DNA of 20,000 nucleotides from an uncultured virus (IMG/VR IMGVR_UViG_3300025128_000022) (IMGVR_UViG_3300025128_000022), one strand, 5' to 3'. Shown: positions 5,748 through 14,899, counted from the first letter of the stretch. The notes: generated by a model from the letters alone, not told the origin. Numbers and translations: made by a program.

Positions 5748-6193
5748 TAAACTTTTTTTTAATTCTCGTATAATTTTAGTTTTATTTTCGTTTAATTTTA
5801 TTTACTTTATGTTAATAACTATGTAAAGCGTTGATAATGAGCAAGTTATATGTTGATAATTCACGCAGATTTATTTAATCTTTTTTGATTGGGTTCGGTT
5901 GCTCTCTTTATTCTTTGTCTATCTGTTACAAATAATAAATAAATGGGGGAAGGTATGGAGGGAATCGAGGGGGTTGTGTGGTGTGGTATAAGGGAAGGAG
6001 GGGAGGAGGTCAACAGGAGGACAGGACACCGGACAAATTTTGTAAAAAATCCGAAAGAAAAAAACAAAATCAATAAGGGGGGTCAAAAATAAATTTGACT
6101 TTTTTTTTGCGGCACACAAACGCATAACGGGGGGGAGTCTAAACAGTACATATAACTAAATAAAATTTTTGTATCTTTACAAAAAAAATTATC

Positions 6194-6430
6194 ATGGGCA
6201 AACCTTATAAACAATTACAAAGAGATGGAAAGATTTCAAACTTTGTAGACGGTCTGTATATGCAGAACGGAAGAGAAAAGAATGCAAGACCGGATGGAAT
6301 GACAGGTATTGCTCAAGCTGCAATGTATAGACAGCAAATGAAAAAGCAATATAAAATAGATTGTATCGCTGATGGAATAGAGAGGGCTAAAATGAGAATG
6401 GATGGCGATAAAGATATATATGAGTTTTAG
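6194..6430 (+). CDS. Hypothetical phage protein, 78 aa
   Basis: ORF track; TATCTTTA box upstream at about 6172; terminator downstream. Confidence 0.8.
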   Translation: MGKPYKQLQRDGKISNFVDGLYMQNGREKNARPDGMTGIAQAAMYRQQMKKQYKIDCIADGIERAKMRMDGDKDIYEF

Positions 6431-6456
6431 TTGAAGATGAGTATGTGTGTTGATTG

Positions 6457-6487
6457 AAAGGGGGATTCTTAGGAGTCCCTTTTTTTT
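6457..6487 (+). terminator. Rho-independent terminator
   Basis: GGGAUUC-UUAG-GAGUCCC hairpin followed by a T8 run. Confidence 0.85.
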
Positions 6488-6506
6488 ATGTCGTTATTTA
6501 ACAAAG

Positions 6507-6590
6507 TTGTGTTGATTTTGTGTTGATTTTAAAATTGATAATTAATTATAAATCAATAGTTTATAAAATATAATGTTGAAATGTTGATTT
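6507..6590. repeat. Cluster of TGTTGAT-type repeats in an AT-rich spacer
   Basis: Exact tandem TTGTGTTGATT x2 (6507-6528), then ATGTTGAA and ATGTTGATTT; related copies near 5829, 5850 and 6446, inverted near 6551 and 6664. Confidence 0.55.
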
Positions 6591-6700
6591 GAAAAAGGAA
6601 CTGTAGTGAGAAAAAAACATATGCGTTAAATAGAAAAGAGAGAGAGAGTATAGTGAGCAATTAAAATCAGCATAACAGCATAAAGTATAAATAGTTTTTA

Positions 6701-6708
6701 TATCTTTG
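6701..6708 (+). promoter_or_regulatory. -7 box TATCTTTG upstream of groEL
   Basis: Exact TAnnTTTG 21 nt before the ATG. Confidence 0.6.
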
Positions 6709-6729
6709 CTTAAATTAAATACACTATAA

Positions 6730-8343
6730 ATGAATCCAATTAAAATGCCATCCGGCTTTAATCCAAAGGAATTATCTTTTGGAACAGAGGGGAGAAATAA
6801 ACTAATCTCCGGTATCACCCAAATCGCAAATGCAGTAAAGAGCACTCTAGGACCTAGAGGGAATACAGTATTGATAGAGTCTCAATATGTAACAGGAGGA
6901 TTAACTGTAACTAAAGACGGAGTAACTGTAGCGAAAGCCGTTGACTTATTAGACCCTGTAGAGAATCTAGCGGTGCGTATGATGAAACAAGCTGCAGACA
7001 ATACAGCATCCTCAGCCGGAGACGGAACAACAACAGCTATCGTATTGACAGAAGAGTTAGTAAAGCAAGGTAACGAGTTAATGGATGAAACCACAAATCG
7101 AGCTGAAGTTCTAAGAGAGATTGTGCGTGAAACCGACAACGTTATTGGAAATTTAAAAAAGGCATCTAAAAAGATTACGAGTAAAAGATTAAAAGATGTA
7201 GCTATTATCTCAGCTAATAATGATAAGACAATAGGTAAAGTAATAGCGGATACATATAAGAAAGTAGGAAAGAACGGAATCGTTACTGTAGAAAAGTCAG
7301 AGTCGAGTGAAACATATAGCGAGACGACTAATGGAATTAAAATAGATAGAGGATGGACTTCACCTTTATTCGTTAACAATCAAAAGAAAGATGAAAGTAT
7401 ATTAGAAAATGTGCATGTGCTTGTAAGCGATGCAGAGATTACTAATGTATTAGCGATTGAAGGAATATTAAAACCAATCATTAATGAACAAAAGAAATTA
7501 TTAATTATTGCACCTATGTCTGTTAATGTAGTAAACACTCTTGCAGCTAATGTTGTAAAGAATGGATTACAGCTTTGCGTAATAGGTCCTCCATCATTTG
7601 GATATAAACAACACGAGCTTATGCAAGATATAGCAGTTTCGGTTGGTGCTAAATACTTTTCAGAAAAAACAGGAGATGACTTATCCTTAATTACATTTGC
7701 TGATTTAGGTCATGCAGATAAATGTATAATAGGACAAGAGTCTTCTATATTAATAAAATCATCTACCGTACAAACTGATGTAAGTGAAAGAGTAAATCAA
7801 TTATGGGAAGCTCATAAGATTACAACAAAGAAAGAAGATAAAGAGTTTATACTATCACGCATTGCATCACTCAGCGGTGGTATTGGTGTAATATATGTAG
7901 GAGGGCAAACTGATATTGAGCAAAAAGAATTGTTCGATAGAGTAGATGATGCTGTATGTGCGGTGCGTTCTGCACTACAAGAAGGAATATTACCGGGAGG
8001 TGGAATAGCATTGTACGACATTGCAGCAGAACATAAACCTAATTCTGAAAAAAATTCCAAAAAAATTGCTGACGCAATTTTATATAATTCTCTCATTGCT
8101 CCATTACGTCAGATTTTAGAGAATGCAGGACTAGACCCTGAAGAACTATATTGTTGTAAAAAGGAACAAGGAAAAGGTTATGATGTTAAGAATGAAAAAT
8201 GGGGGAGCATGATTGATATGGGAATTATTGACCCAATGAAAGTAACTAAAAGTGCCTTACAAAATGCAGTTTCAGTTGCAGTAACAATTTTATCAACTAA
8301 CGCCATTATAACTATGGCGAGAACATATGAGGGTAAAAATTAA
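6730..8343 (+). CDS. groEL: Phage-encoded group I chaperonin GroEL (Cpn60), 537 aa
   Basis: TLGPRG, TKDGVTVAK, AGDGTTTA, EGILPGGG and GIIDP motifs; no C-terminal GGM tail. Confidence 0.97.
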   Translation: MNPIKMPSGFNPKELSFGTEGRNKLISGITQIANAVKSTLGPRGNTVLIESQYVTGGLTVTKDGVTVAKAVDLLDPVENLAVRMMKQAADNTASSAGDGTTTAIVLTEELVKQGNELMDETTNRAEVLREIVRETDNVIGNLKKASKKITSKRLKDVAIISANNDKTIGKVIADTYKKVGKNGIVTVEKSESSETYSETTNGIKIDRGWTSPLFVNNQKKDESILENVHVLVSDAEITNVLAIEGILKPIINEQKKLLIIAPMSVNVVNTLAANVVKNGLQLCVIGPPSFGYKQHELMQDIAVSVGAKYFSEKTGDDLSLITFADLGHADKCIIGQESSILIKSSTVQTDVSERVNQLWEAHKITTKKEDKEFILSRIASLSGGIGVIYVGGQTDIEQKELFDRVDDAVCAVRSALQEGILPGGGIALYDIAAEHKPNSEKNSKKIADAILYNSLIAPLRQILENAGLDPEELYCCKKEQGKGYDVKNEKWGSMIDMGIIDPMKVTKSALQNAVSVAVTILSTNAIITMARTYEGKN

Positions 8344-8357
8344 TTAAATTAAATATA

Positions 8358-8486
8358 ATGGTAATACACAATCAAATTTTTCACAGCTTTAGAGAAAATA
8401 AAATTAAAATTAAAAAAGCAATTGAGCTATTAGAAAAAAACGGCTACATAGTTTACAACAAGGATAAAGTATATGATAGCAATTAA
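8358..8486 (+). CDS. Small hypothetical protein, 42 aa (MVIHNQIFHSFRENKIKIKKAIELLEKNGYIV...)
   Basis: Manual translation; fills the groEL-groES gap. Confidence 0.6.
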   Translation: MVIHNQIFHSFRENKIKIKKAIELLEKNGYIVYNKDKVYDSN

Positions 8487-8730
8487 TAAGTATATAATAG
8501 TTGAAAATATAAAAGAAGAAATGAAAACGGAATCCGGCTTGTTATTATCTGAGCACGATGCCGAACAATTTCGTTATAGAAAAGCTAAAGTAGTTACTCC
8601 GGGTACGGAAGTGAAATCTATTAAAAGAGATGATATGATATATTACGACAAAAGAGCAGGATACCAAATGGTACTTGAAGGTTTAACTTGTTCAATTATT
8701 CGGGAGCAAGATGTCGTTGTTGTTTTATAA
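8473..8730 (+). CDS. groES: GroES-like co-chaperonin (Cpn10), 85 aa
   Basis: Mobile-loop KTESGLLL motif, C-terminal IIREQDVVVVL, size, and position next to groEL. Confidence 0.85.
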   Translation: MIAINKYIIVENIKEEMKTESGLLLSEHDAEQFRYRKAKVVTPGTEVKSIKRDDMIYYDKRAGYQMVLEGLTCSIIREQDVVVVL

Positions 8731-9130
8731 ACTTATTCATTTCTTTTATCATATTCCTATATACTTTATCAGTATAGCTTACATTAGATTTAAACATAGG
8801 ATTACTTGTAGGACTTTCAGGAATCTCCTGTCCATTTAGTTTTTTGTATATAGAATCAATCATTCTATTAGCTTTAAAACTTAAACAATATAGAGTTTTA
8901 TGCTTTCCTACTCTTTTACGAAATACTTCTATCCAACCTTTTTTAAGTAGTTGGTCGAATCTATTTACATTCCAACTTAAGAGTTCGTTAAATTCTTTGA
9001 ATTTCTCTTTACCAAAATACTTCTCAGAATAAAGAAATAGAAGCATATCAAGCTCACCTGTAGTAATACCATATTTACATTTTATAAAATATCGGATGAT
9101 TCTCCAATACTTTAGATAATTATTTTGCAT
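8696..9130 (-). CDS. Probable winged-helix (MarR-like) DNA-binding protein, 144 aa
   Basis: YGITTGELDMLLFLY...FDQLLKKGWIEVFR...LYCLSFKA pattern resembles a winged helix. Confidence 0.65.
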   Translation of the reverse strand: MQNNYLKYWRIIRYFIKCKYGITTGELDMLLFLYSEKYFGKEKFKEFNELLSWNVNRFDQLLKKGWIEVFRKRVGKHKTLYCLSFKANRMIDSIYKKLNGQEIPESPTSNPMFKSNVSYTDKVYRNMIKEMNKFIKQQRHLAPE

Positions 9131-9143
9131 TCAATTAAATTTG

Positions 9144-9151
9144 TATCTTTG
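9144..9151 (+). promoter_or_regulatory. -7 box TATCTTTG
   Basis: Exact TAnnTTTG 17 nt before ATG 9169. Confidence 0.55.
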
Positions 9152-9168
9152 TGTAAAAGTAATAAATT

Positions 9169-9423
9169 ATGCCCAATACAGAAGAAACAAATAAAGAAAA
9201 AGAAATCGTTAATCCTAATGATAATTTTAAAAACATTATTTCATCTTATTTGATGAATCAAATGAAAGATAAAGAAAGCGATGTTTCAAGTAATAAACCT
9301 AATAACCTTGACACCAATAATCAAAAGAAATCAACTAAGATGCGTGTTACCGGATTAAGACAATTAGGAGATACTAAAGGAAAAGTAAAGTCTATTAGAA
9401 GAAGAAACACAAGATACGCTTAA
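9169..9423 (+). CDS. Hypothetical low-complexity protein, 84 aa
   Basis: ORF track; TAATG coupling with the next ORF. Confidence 0.7.
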   Translation: MPNTEETNKEKEIVNPNDNFKNIISSYLMNQMKDKESDVSSNKPNNLDTNNQKKSTKMRVTGLRQLGDTKGKVKSIRRRNTRYA

Positions 9424-9551
9424 TGGCAAGACGAGCTAATGTAGTTGTCTACAAAAAAAAGAAAAGAAAATCACATCCTCACAGCAAAAATGCTAGTGTA
9501 GGACAAACAGGATATAAAAAACCATATAAAGGACAAGGAAGAAATGGCTAG
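9423..9551 (+). CDS. Small basic protein, 42 aa (...YKKPYKGQGRNG)
   Basis: Manual translation; Y[KR]GQGR-type end recalled from marine phage small proteins. Confidence 0.7.
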   Translation: MARRANVVVYKKKKRKSHPHSKNASVGQTGYKKPYKGQGRNG

Positions 9552-9657
9552 AAAAAAGAAAATGAAAAACCCATGTTGGAAAGGATTTGTTGCATACGGA
9601 ATGAAAAAAGGTAAAGGCGGAAAACCTGTTCCTAACTGTGTTCCTAAAAAGAAGTAA
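9544..9657 (+). CDS. Small basic protein, 37 aa (PCWKGFVAYGMKKGKGGKPVPNCVP)
   Basis: Manual translation; CWxG...VPNCV motif recalled from phage proteins; TAATG coupling. Confidence 0.75.
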   Translation: MARKKKMKNPCWKGFVAYGMKKGKGGKPVPNCVPKKK

Positions 9658-9938
9658 TGGCAATAAGAAAGACTACGAAGGGTAAAGGTGCAAATTATAG
9701 ACCTACAAAAAAAGGAGCAGGAATGACGAAGAAAGGAGTTGCCGCTTATCGTAAAGCAAATCCCGGTTCTAAATTAAAAACAGCTGTTACCGGTAAAGTA
9801 AAACCCGGAAGTAAAGCTTCTAAAAGAAGAAAGTCATATTGTGCTAGAAGTTTAGGGCAATTGAAACGAAGTAGTGCAAAAACTAGAAACAATCCTAACT
9901 CTAGAATAAGACAAGCTAGACGTAGGTGGAAGTGTTAA
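9657..9938 (+). CDS. Basic phage protein, 93 aa (RRKSYCARS...NSRIRQARRRWKC; possibly DUF6321-like)
   Basis: ORF track; motif recalled from memory, family not verified. Confidence 0.8.
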   Translation: MAIRKTTKGKGANYRPTKKGAGMTKKGVAAYRKANPGSKLKTAVTGKVKPGSKASKRRKSYCARSLGQLKRSSAKTRNNPNSRIRQARRRWKC

Positions 9939-9959
9939 ATACATAAAGAAAAATAATAG

Positions 9960-9967
9960 TATCTTTG
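9960..9967 (+). promoter_or_regulatory. -7 box TATCTTTG
   Basis: Exact TAnnTTTG 17 nt before ATG 9985. Confidence 0.55.
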
Positions 9968-9984
9968 TAAAATAAATTTTAAGC

Positions 9985-10143
9985 ATGGGAGCATTTGATA
10001 GAATGGTAAAAAAGCTGATGGCTCAAGGAAAGAGCAAAGAAGCAGCAAAAAAAATAGCGTATTCAATTGGTGTAAATAAGTACGGAAAAAAAGGTATGGC
10101 TCGTAAAGCCGCAGCCGGAAGACGTAATTCTCGAAACGCTTAA
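9985..10143 (+). CDS. Small basic protein, 52 aa (MGAFDRMVKKLMAQGKSKEAAKKIAYSIG...KYGKKGM)
   Basis: Manual translation. Confidence 0.75.
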   Translation: MGAFDRMVKKLMAQGKSKEAAKKIAYSIGVNKYGKKGMARKAAAGRRNSRNA

Positions 10144-10171
10144 TTAATAAATTAATATAAAAAATAAAAAA

Positions 10172-10369
10172 ATGGCACAAGGTTATAACGACAGGTTAGA
10201 CGAGTCTCTAGGCATGAAGCATAGAGGTAAGCACAAACAAAGCATGAAGGACAGAAGAGACGAAAGTAAAGCAATGTCTAAAAAAGATTATGGACACGCT
10301 TACGGTGGCGACCATCATATGAAGTATGAGGAGCACTTAGGTTCTAATTCTAAGAACTTCAAAAAGTAA
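10172..10369 (+). CDS. Small hypothetical protein, 65 aa (QGYNDRLDESLGM...RRDESKAM)
   Basis: ORF track; A-rich leader. Confidence 0.8.
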   Translation: MAQGYNDRLDESLGMKHRGKHKQSMKDRRDESKAMSKKDYGHAYGGDHHMKYEEHLGSNSKNFKK

Positions 10370-10377
10370 AAACAGGT

Positions 10378-10485
10378 ATGAAAAATATATGGTGTAAATT
10401 TCAATGTATATGGAATTGGCTATTAGACAAAATTTCATTTGAAGTTAAAAACTGTCCAAATAAACTTTGTACTTGTAAGAAATGA
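10378..10485 (+). CDS. Small Cys/Trp-rich protein, 35 aa (MKNIWCKFQCIWNWLL...CPNKLCTCKK)
   Basis: Manual translation; ATGA overlap with the next ORF. Confidence 0.6.
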   Translation: MKNIWCKFQCIWNWLLDKISFEVKNCPNKLCTCKK

Positions 10486-10646
10486 AAAAAAGTAGAGGAT
10501 TAGGAGATTCGATTGAGAAGGCGACTAAAGCTACCGGAATCAAACACTTAGTAGGTGCTACAGCTAAAGCTGTAGGAATTAAAGATTGCGGATGTAATAA
10601 TCGCAGAGATACTTTGAATAGACTTTTTCCATATAAGAAAAACTAA
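10482..10646 (+). CDS. Small protein, 54 aa (SRGLGDSIEK...GIK...DCGCNNRRDTLNRLFPY)
   Basis: Manual translation; GLGD...CGC motif recalled from phage proteins. Confidence 0.75.
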   Translation: MKKSRGLGDSIEKATKATGIKHLVGATAKAVGIKDCGCNNRRDTLNRLFPYKKN

Positions 10647-10671
10647 TATATAAACCCTTAAATAATTAAAA

Positions 10672-11385
10672 ATGGCAACAATACCAAGCGGTCAAAAATT
10701 CCATACTGTAGCAAGTACGGTAGACACAGAAAACAGAGGTTCGGCAGGTCTTAACTCCCAAAGAACAATTTTTACAATGCAAGATATCCAAGACACTATC
10801 ACAGTAGGTGGTGGAGTAGACGGTTCAGGAACAGCAAATTCGCTGTCTAGATGGCTCGACTCCAATACTTTACAAGATGCAGGTGTAACAGATGATGGTT
10901 CAAAAGTAGCAGTAGCTAGACCATTAGACGTAACAGGTGATGTGGTAGCATCAGGAAATCTTTTAGTAGGAGATAATACAGGAGAAAATCCTTTAGGTAT
11001 TAACTTACAACAAGATAAAGGAAACTTATCAATTGGATTATTAATTCACAATCAAAATACAGGAGCAGACGCAGATGCGAAAATTTCATTTGAAACTCAA
11101 TCAGCTGCAGATATTTCTATTGGAATTGATAGAGGAGATTCAAACAAATTTAAAATTTCAAGAAGTGGAAACTTAGGAGTTAATGATGAAATGTCTGTAG
11201 ACTCAAGTGGTGTGACAGCTAATACTGCAGTAACTTCAGCTACATTTAATGTATCTGCATTAGAAACTGCACCGGCTTCAGCTTCAGCTACAGGAGTAGC
11301 AGGAGACATTAGATTTGCAACTGATGCAATTTATGTTTGTACAGCTACAGATACTTGGAAAAAAGTAGCAATAGCAACATTCTAA
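10672..11385 (+). CDS. Putative virion/fibre-like protein, 237 aa
   Basis: Rich in G/S/T/D; C-terminal APASASATGVAGDIRFATDAIYVCTATDTWKKVAI module typical of phage fibre proteins. Confidence 0.75.
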   Translation: MATIPSGQKFHTVASTVDTENRGSAGLNSQRTIFTMQDIQDTITVGGGVDGSGTANSLSRWLDSNTLQDAGVTDDGSKVAVARPLDVTGDVVASGNLLVGDNTGENPLGINLQQDKGNLSIGLLIHNQNTGADADAKISFETQSAADISIGIDRGDSNKFKISRSGNLGVNDEMSVDSSGVTANTAVTSATFNVSALETAPASASATGVAGDIRFATDAIYVCTATDTWKKVAIATF

Positions 11386-11396
11386 AATTAAAGATT

Positions 11397-11555
11397 ATGC
11401 CAACAGTAGGTAAAAGGGTATTTCCATATAATGCAGTAGGTAGAGCTCAAGCGGATTCTTATGCAAGAATGACAAAGGGCAAGATTAAATATAATCCTAC
11501 CTACGGCATGGAAAATTCTACTAAGAGTAGTAAACCCAAAATGAAGAAATATTAA
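11397..11555 (+). CDS. Small basic protein, 52 aa (MPTVGKRVFPYNAVG...); start revised from 11337
   Basis: Non-overlapping in-frame ATG at 11397. Confidence 0.7.
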   Translation: MPTVGKRVFPYNAVGRAQADSYARMTKGKIKYNPTYGMENSTKSSKPKMKKY

Positions 11556-11572
11556 TAAATAAATAAATAGAT

Positions 11573-12430
11573 ATGTCGTACTTAAAAAATATGATTAGCG
11601 GAATGAATGCAATTGAGATTGTTCCTCACAATTCCATTTATATTCCTAACCCGGCTCTAATAATTACTCGAAGTTCTCAGACAAACACAGTTGCCGATAG
11701 TTTATATGATTCGAGTATCACAACGCAAATATGGAGCGGAGTAACAGATGGTGCGGCAACCGGAGAATTAATTGATTCTTCCGAGAATTTTGTTTTAAAT
11801 TCTACACAAGCACAAGCAGGAGGAACAGCCGGTGCGGGTAAGTTTATAAAAGATGGTAATATTGTATTAAATTCTACAGACACTACAGAACATATAGTGT
11901 CAGCAGTTAAAAGTCCTAATGCATCAAGTTCAGATGCCTTATTAGTAAATACAGGTGTCCCAACAGCAAAAACTTATACTGTTGTAGGAGAAGGGTATAA
12001 ATCAAAACTTGGAGTGAAAGTTGGTGATATTGTTGTGAATGATGCAACTAGCACCATGGCTTTAGTTACAGGAGTAACCGATGACCGAACTATTACTCTT
12101 GATGCAAATATTTTTACAGGAACAGGTGAAAAATACAGTATTTTTGGAGGTAATCCTCCAACATCAAAAGGTTCAGGACAGCCAAGTTATATTGGTGATG
12201 CAGAAGGTTGTTTAGTATATGTTGGAACAAGCACACAGTTTGTACAAGATATTACTGAATCAGGTGCAGGAACAAATGACCCTCGTCATGTAAACATTAA
12301 AGTTAAAACAGTTGGAGGAGAGAATGTAACATTTTATAATTTCCCTGTAGGTGAAATATTGCCTGTTCAGGTGGTTCAAGTATTTGCAACCCCTTCAGTT
12401 ACTGACGCAAAATTAATAGCAATTTGGTAA
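11573..12430 (+). CDS. Putative structural protein, 285 aa
   Basis: Beta-rich, T/G/S-rich; C-terminal LVYVG...G.ILPVQVVQV...IAIW. Confidence 0.75.
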   Translation: MSYLKNMISGMNAIEIVPHNSIYIPNPALIITRSSQTNTVADSLYDSSITTQIWSGVTDGAATGELIDSSENFVLNSTQAQAGGTAGAGKFIKDGNIVLNSTDTTEHIVSAVKSPNASSSDALLVNTGVPTAKTYTVVGEGYKSKLGVKVGDIVVNDATSTMALVTGVTDDRTITLDANIFTGTGEKYSIFGGNPPTSKGSGQPSYIGDAEGCLVYVGTSTQFVQDITESGAGTNDPRHVNIKVKTVGGENVTFYNFPVGEILPVQVVQVFATPSVTDAKLIAIW

Positions 12431-12440
12431 ATTAAATAAA

Positions 12441-12503
12441 ATGATATACACACAAACAAACACATGGTCTAATGATATAACGTTTATATACGTTATAAAA
12501 TAA
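12441..12503 (+). CDS. Possible 20-aa micropeptide (MIYTQTNTWSNDITFIYVIK)
   Basis: Manual translation; fills the gap; A-rich leader. Confidence 0.35.
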   Translation: MIYTQTNTWSNDITFIYVIK

Positions 12504-12515
12504 GAATGAAGGAGA

Positions 12516-12818
12516 ATGGCACAGAAGATTTCGGAAGATACTAATGTAACTTTAGATTTAAAGACTATTGGAATGATAGTTGGATTTACGATATCTCTTG
12601 TAACCATGTACTTTACGTTAAAAGCTGATATAGCAAACGCAGCGGAATTACCAAAACCTGAAGTAACTCAAGTTGAATTTTCATATAAAGACCAATTAAC
12701 TAGGACAGTAGTAGAAGGAGTACAATCCGATATGGCGACAATTAAAGAAGACGTTAAGGATATCAAATTACAACTAGACAAGATGGATGAGAGATTATAT
12801 GAAATTAGCAAGAAATGA
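12516..12818 (+). CDS. Membrane-anchored coiled-coil protein, 100 aa
   Basis: N-terminal TM segment (TIGMIVGFTISLVTMYF); C-terminal heptads. Confidence 0.8.
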   Translation: MAQKISEDTNVTLDLKTIGMIVGFTISLVTMYFTLKADIANAAELPKPEVTQVEFSYKDQLTRTVVEGVQSDMATIKEDVKDIKLQLDKMDERLYEISKK

Positions 12819-13150
12819 GGTTATGGACAATATTATTAATGCTGTTAACCTCTACCGTTCATGCACAGTACAAAGATGGAATTGTCGTAGTTCAATATAG
12901 TGCTGATTTTGTAAAAGCAGCCGAAGTAGATTTAGATGACTTAGAGGGTGCAGACCAATATAGATTTTATCTTACCGACCATCCTAAATTATTTTCCAAA
13001 GATAAAATAGTATATCTTCCCACAGTAGTTTTATACCACAATCGAAAAGAAATTGTCAGAGTAGAAAGTAATATATCGCTTACCCTACCTGAAAATACAT
13101 TAGAGACTATACAAAAACATATTAACGAAATTAAAAAAAGCAAGTTTTAA
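12815..13150 (+). CDS. Exported thioredoxin-like fold protein lacking CxxC, 111 aa
   Basis: Signal peptide ending VHA; VVVQYSADF and IVYLPTVVLYHNRKEIVR resemble the thioredoxin cis-Pro region; no Cys. Confidence 0.65.
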   Translation: MRLWTILLMLLTSTVHAQYKDGIVVVQYSADFVKAAEVDLDDLEGADQYRFYLTDHPKLFSKDKIVYLPTVVLYHNRKEIVRVESNISLTLPENTLETIQKHINEIKKSKF

Positions 13151-13151
13151 A

Positions 13152-14444
13152 ATGGATAGAAAACAAAAAACAGAAAAGTTTGCATTAAACGCTATATTAT
13201 ATTTGGTAATAATTTTTTTATTAGCAGCTTTTACATTTAATGCACAAGCTCAAGTAATTAAAGAGGTAGACTCGGTTACGGAAAAAAACTTAATTGAAGG
13301 TTTTGAGAAAAAAATAAACAAAGGAAAATTTTTTAAAAAAGTATATAATGACTTTTTAAAATATGGAACAATCTATATTGCAGGTAATGCAAATAATCCC
13401 TATCAAAAACAATCTATTGACTATGTTGTAAGAACTAATCCTAGCGGTAGTTTATACGATGTGCCAATAGTTGAAGACGCAACTGAATATCATGAATTTG
13501 ATTATCGATATGGATTTGGAATTAGACGTATTGCTAGATTTGATTATGAGAATAAAGAAAAAGCATATTATGATGGTACTGAAAAGAATGTAGCTTTGTC
13601 TTCTCCAACAGCCGCATTTGATGGATGGGAATACTTATTCCATTGGGAGAAAGAAAGGGAAAGAGGTGAGGTGTTTAATAATCACCGTTACTTTCTTAGG
13701 AATACAGGTAAGCATCACATTGTTAAGGTAGAGTCAAGAGAAGAAGGAAATGTTGGATTTAAATATAGTTCAGCCGAAGTAAGAGGTAGACTACCTATAG
13801 GAAAAAAGTTTAGTATATCAGCCGGAGTTATAGCAAGAACTCATGACCAAGCATTTGGATACAATCCTGTAGAAATTTGGTTAAACGAAACTGATGAAGA
13901 TGGATACGCATTAAACCCTTGGTACACCTTAGGTTTTGAATATGGTTATGATGATATTTATTATACCCAATCAGACCAATTAGGTAATGAAATTTCAGAT
14001 TGGTATTGGATAGATGAAGAAGGAACAATAGTAGCCCATACGGATTTAGAGTTTCGTGAGACAGTTTTTGCTGACTTGATGAACCGATATAATAGAGAGC
14101 AATGGGATATGTTAGATGCTTTTGCTGAAGTAGCTCCTGTTATCGGAGCAGATTGGTACAGTTACAATGATAAACTATGGGTTCATGCATATGCTAACTA
14201 TATCTTACCTTATCATAAATACTTTAAGGGAGATGAATCGTTCAGTTATTTAAATAGAAATAATTGGGGATTAGGCGGATTAAAAGAAGATTCTGAATTA
14301 GAACAATGGGAAGACTATCAATTTGGTTTGATTAGTGGATGGTACATTACTTCAAAATTGAGTATATTTGTAGAAGGAGAATATACTAAGTTTTGGGATA
14401 CTGAGATTTTTAAATCTACTATAGGACTAAATATAGAATTATGA
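13152..14444 (+). CDS. Exported aromatic-rich protein, probable outer-membrane beta-barrel, 430 aa
   Basis: Signal peptide ending AQA; alternating strands (KFSISAGV, KLSIFVEGEYTKFW, STIGLNIEL). Confidence 0.65.
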   Translation: MDRKQKTEKFALNAILYLVIIFLLAAFTFNAQAQVIKEVDSVTEKNLIEGFEKKINKGKFFKKVYNDFLKYGTIYIAGNANNPYQKQSIDYVVRTNPSGSLYDVPIVEDATEYHEFDYRYGFGIRRIARFDYENKEKAYYDGTEKNVALSSPTAAFDGWEYLFHWEKERERGEVFNNHRYFLRNTGKHHIVKVESREEGNVGFKYSSAEVRGRLPIGKKFSISAGVIARTHDQAFGYNPVEIWLNETDEDGYALNPWYTLGFEYGYDDIYYTQSDQLGNEISDWYWIDEEGTIVAHTDLEFRETVFADLMNRYNREQWDMLDAFAEVAPVIGADWYSYNDKLWVHAYANYILPYHKYFKGDESFSYLNRNNWGLGGLKEDSELEQWEDYQFGLISGWYITSKLSIFVEGEYTKFWDTEIFKSTIGLNIEL

Positions 14445-14899
14445 GAATAAGCAAACATATAACTTACGCAGAAGCAATACACTCAAACACAGCTAAAAGA
14501 AAAGGAATAGATAACACGCCAAATCCGACTCAAGTTGATACAATGAAATTAACGGCAGAAAAAGTTTTTGAACCGTTAAGAGAATGGGTTGGAGGACCTA
14601 TAAAAGTAAATTCATTTTTTAGGTCGATTCCTTTGAATGAAGCAATTGGCGGAGTAGCTTCCTCACAACATTGTAAAGGTCAAGCGATTGACCTCGATGA
14701 TGTTTATGGTCATAAAACAAACGCTGAAATGTATTATTGGATAAAAGAAAATTGTGACTTTGACCAATTAATTTGGGAGTTTGGTACGGATATGAATCCG
14801 AATTGGATTCATGTATCATACGTTTCAAAAGAAGAAAATAGAGGAAGATGTTTAAAGGCATATAAAGAGGAACGTAGAACTAAATATAAAGTGATATGA
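14441..14899 (+). CDS. Peptidase M15A-family endolysin, 152 aa
   Basis: INS..R-like VNSFFR..LN..IGG..SQHCKGQAID and WIHVSY zinc-binding motifs. Confidence 0.9.
   Translation: MRISKHITYAEAIHSNTAKRKGIDNTPNPTQVDTMKLTAEKVFEPLREWVGGPIKVNSFFRSIPLNEAIGGVASSQHCKGQAIDLDDVYGHKTNAEMYYWIKENCDFDQLIWEFGTDMNPNWIHVSYVSKEENRGRCLKAYKEERRTKYKVI

Noticed and set aside
5861..6125. Minus-strand ORFs 5861..6073 and 5919..6125
   Set aside because: Low-complexity translations of the G-rich and homopolymer tract; not protein-like
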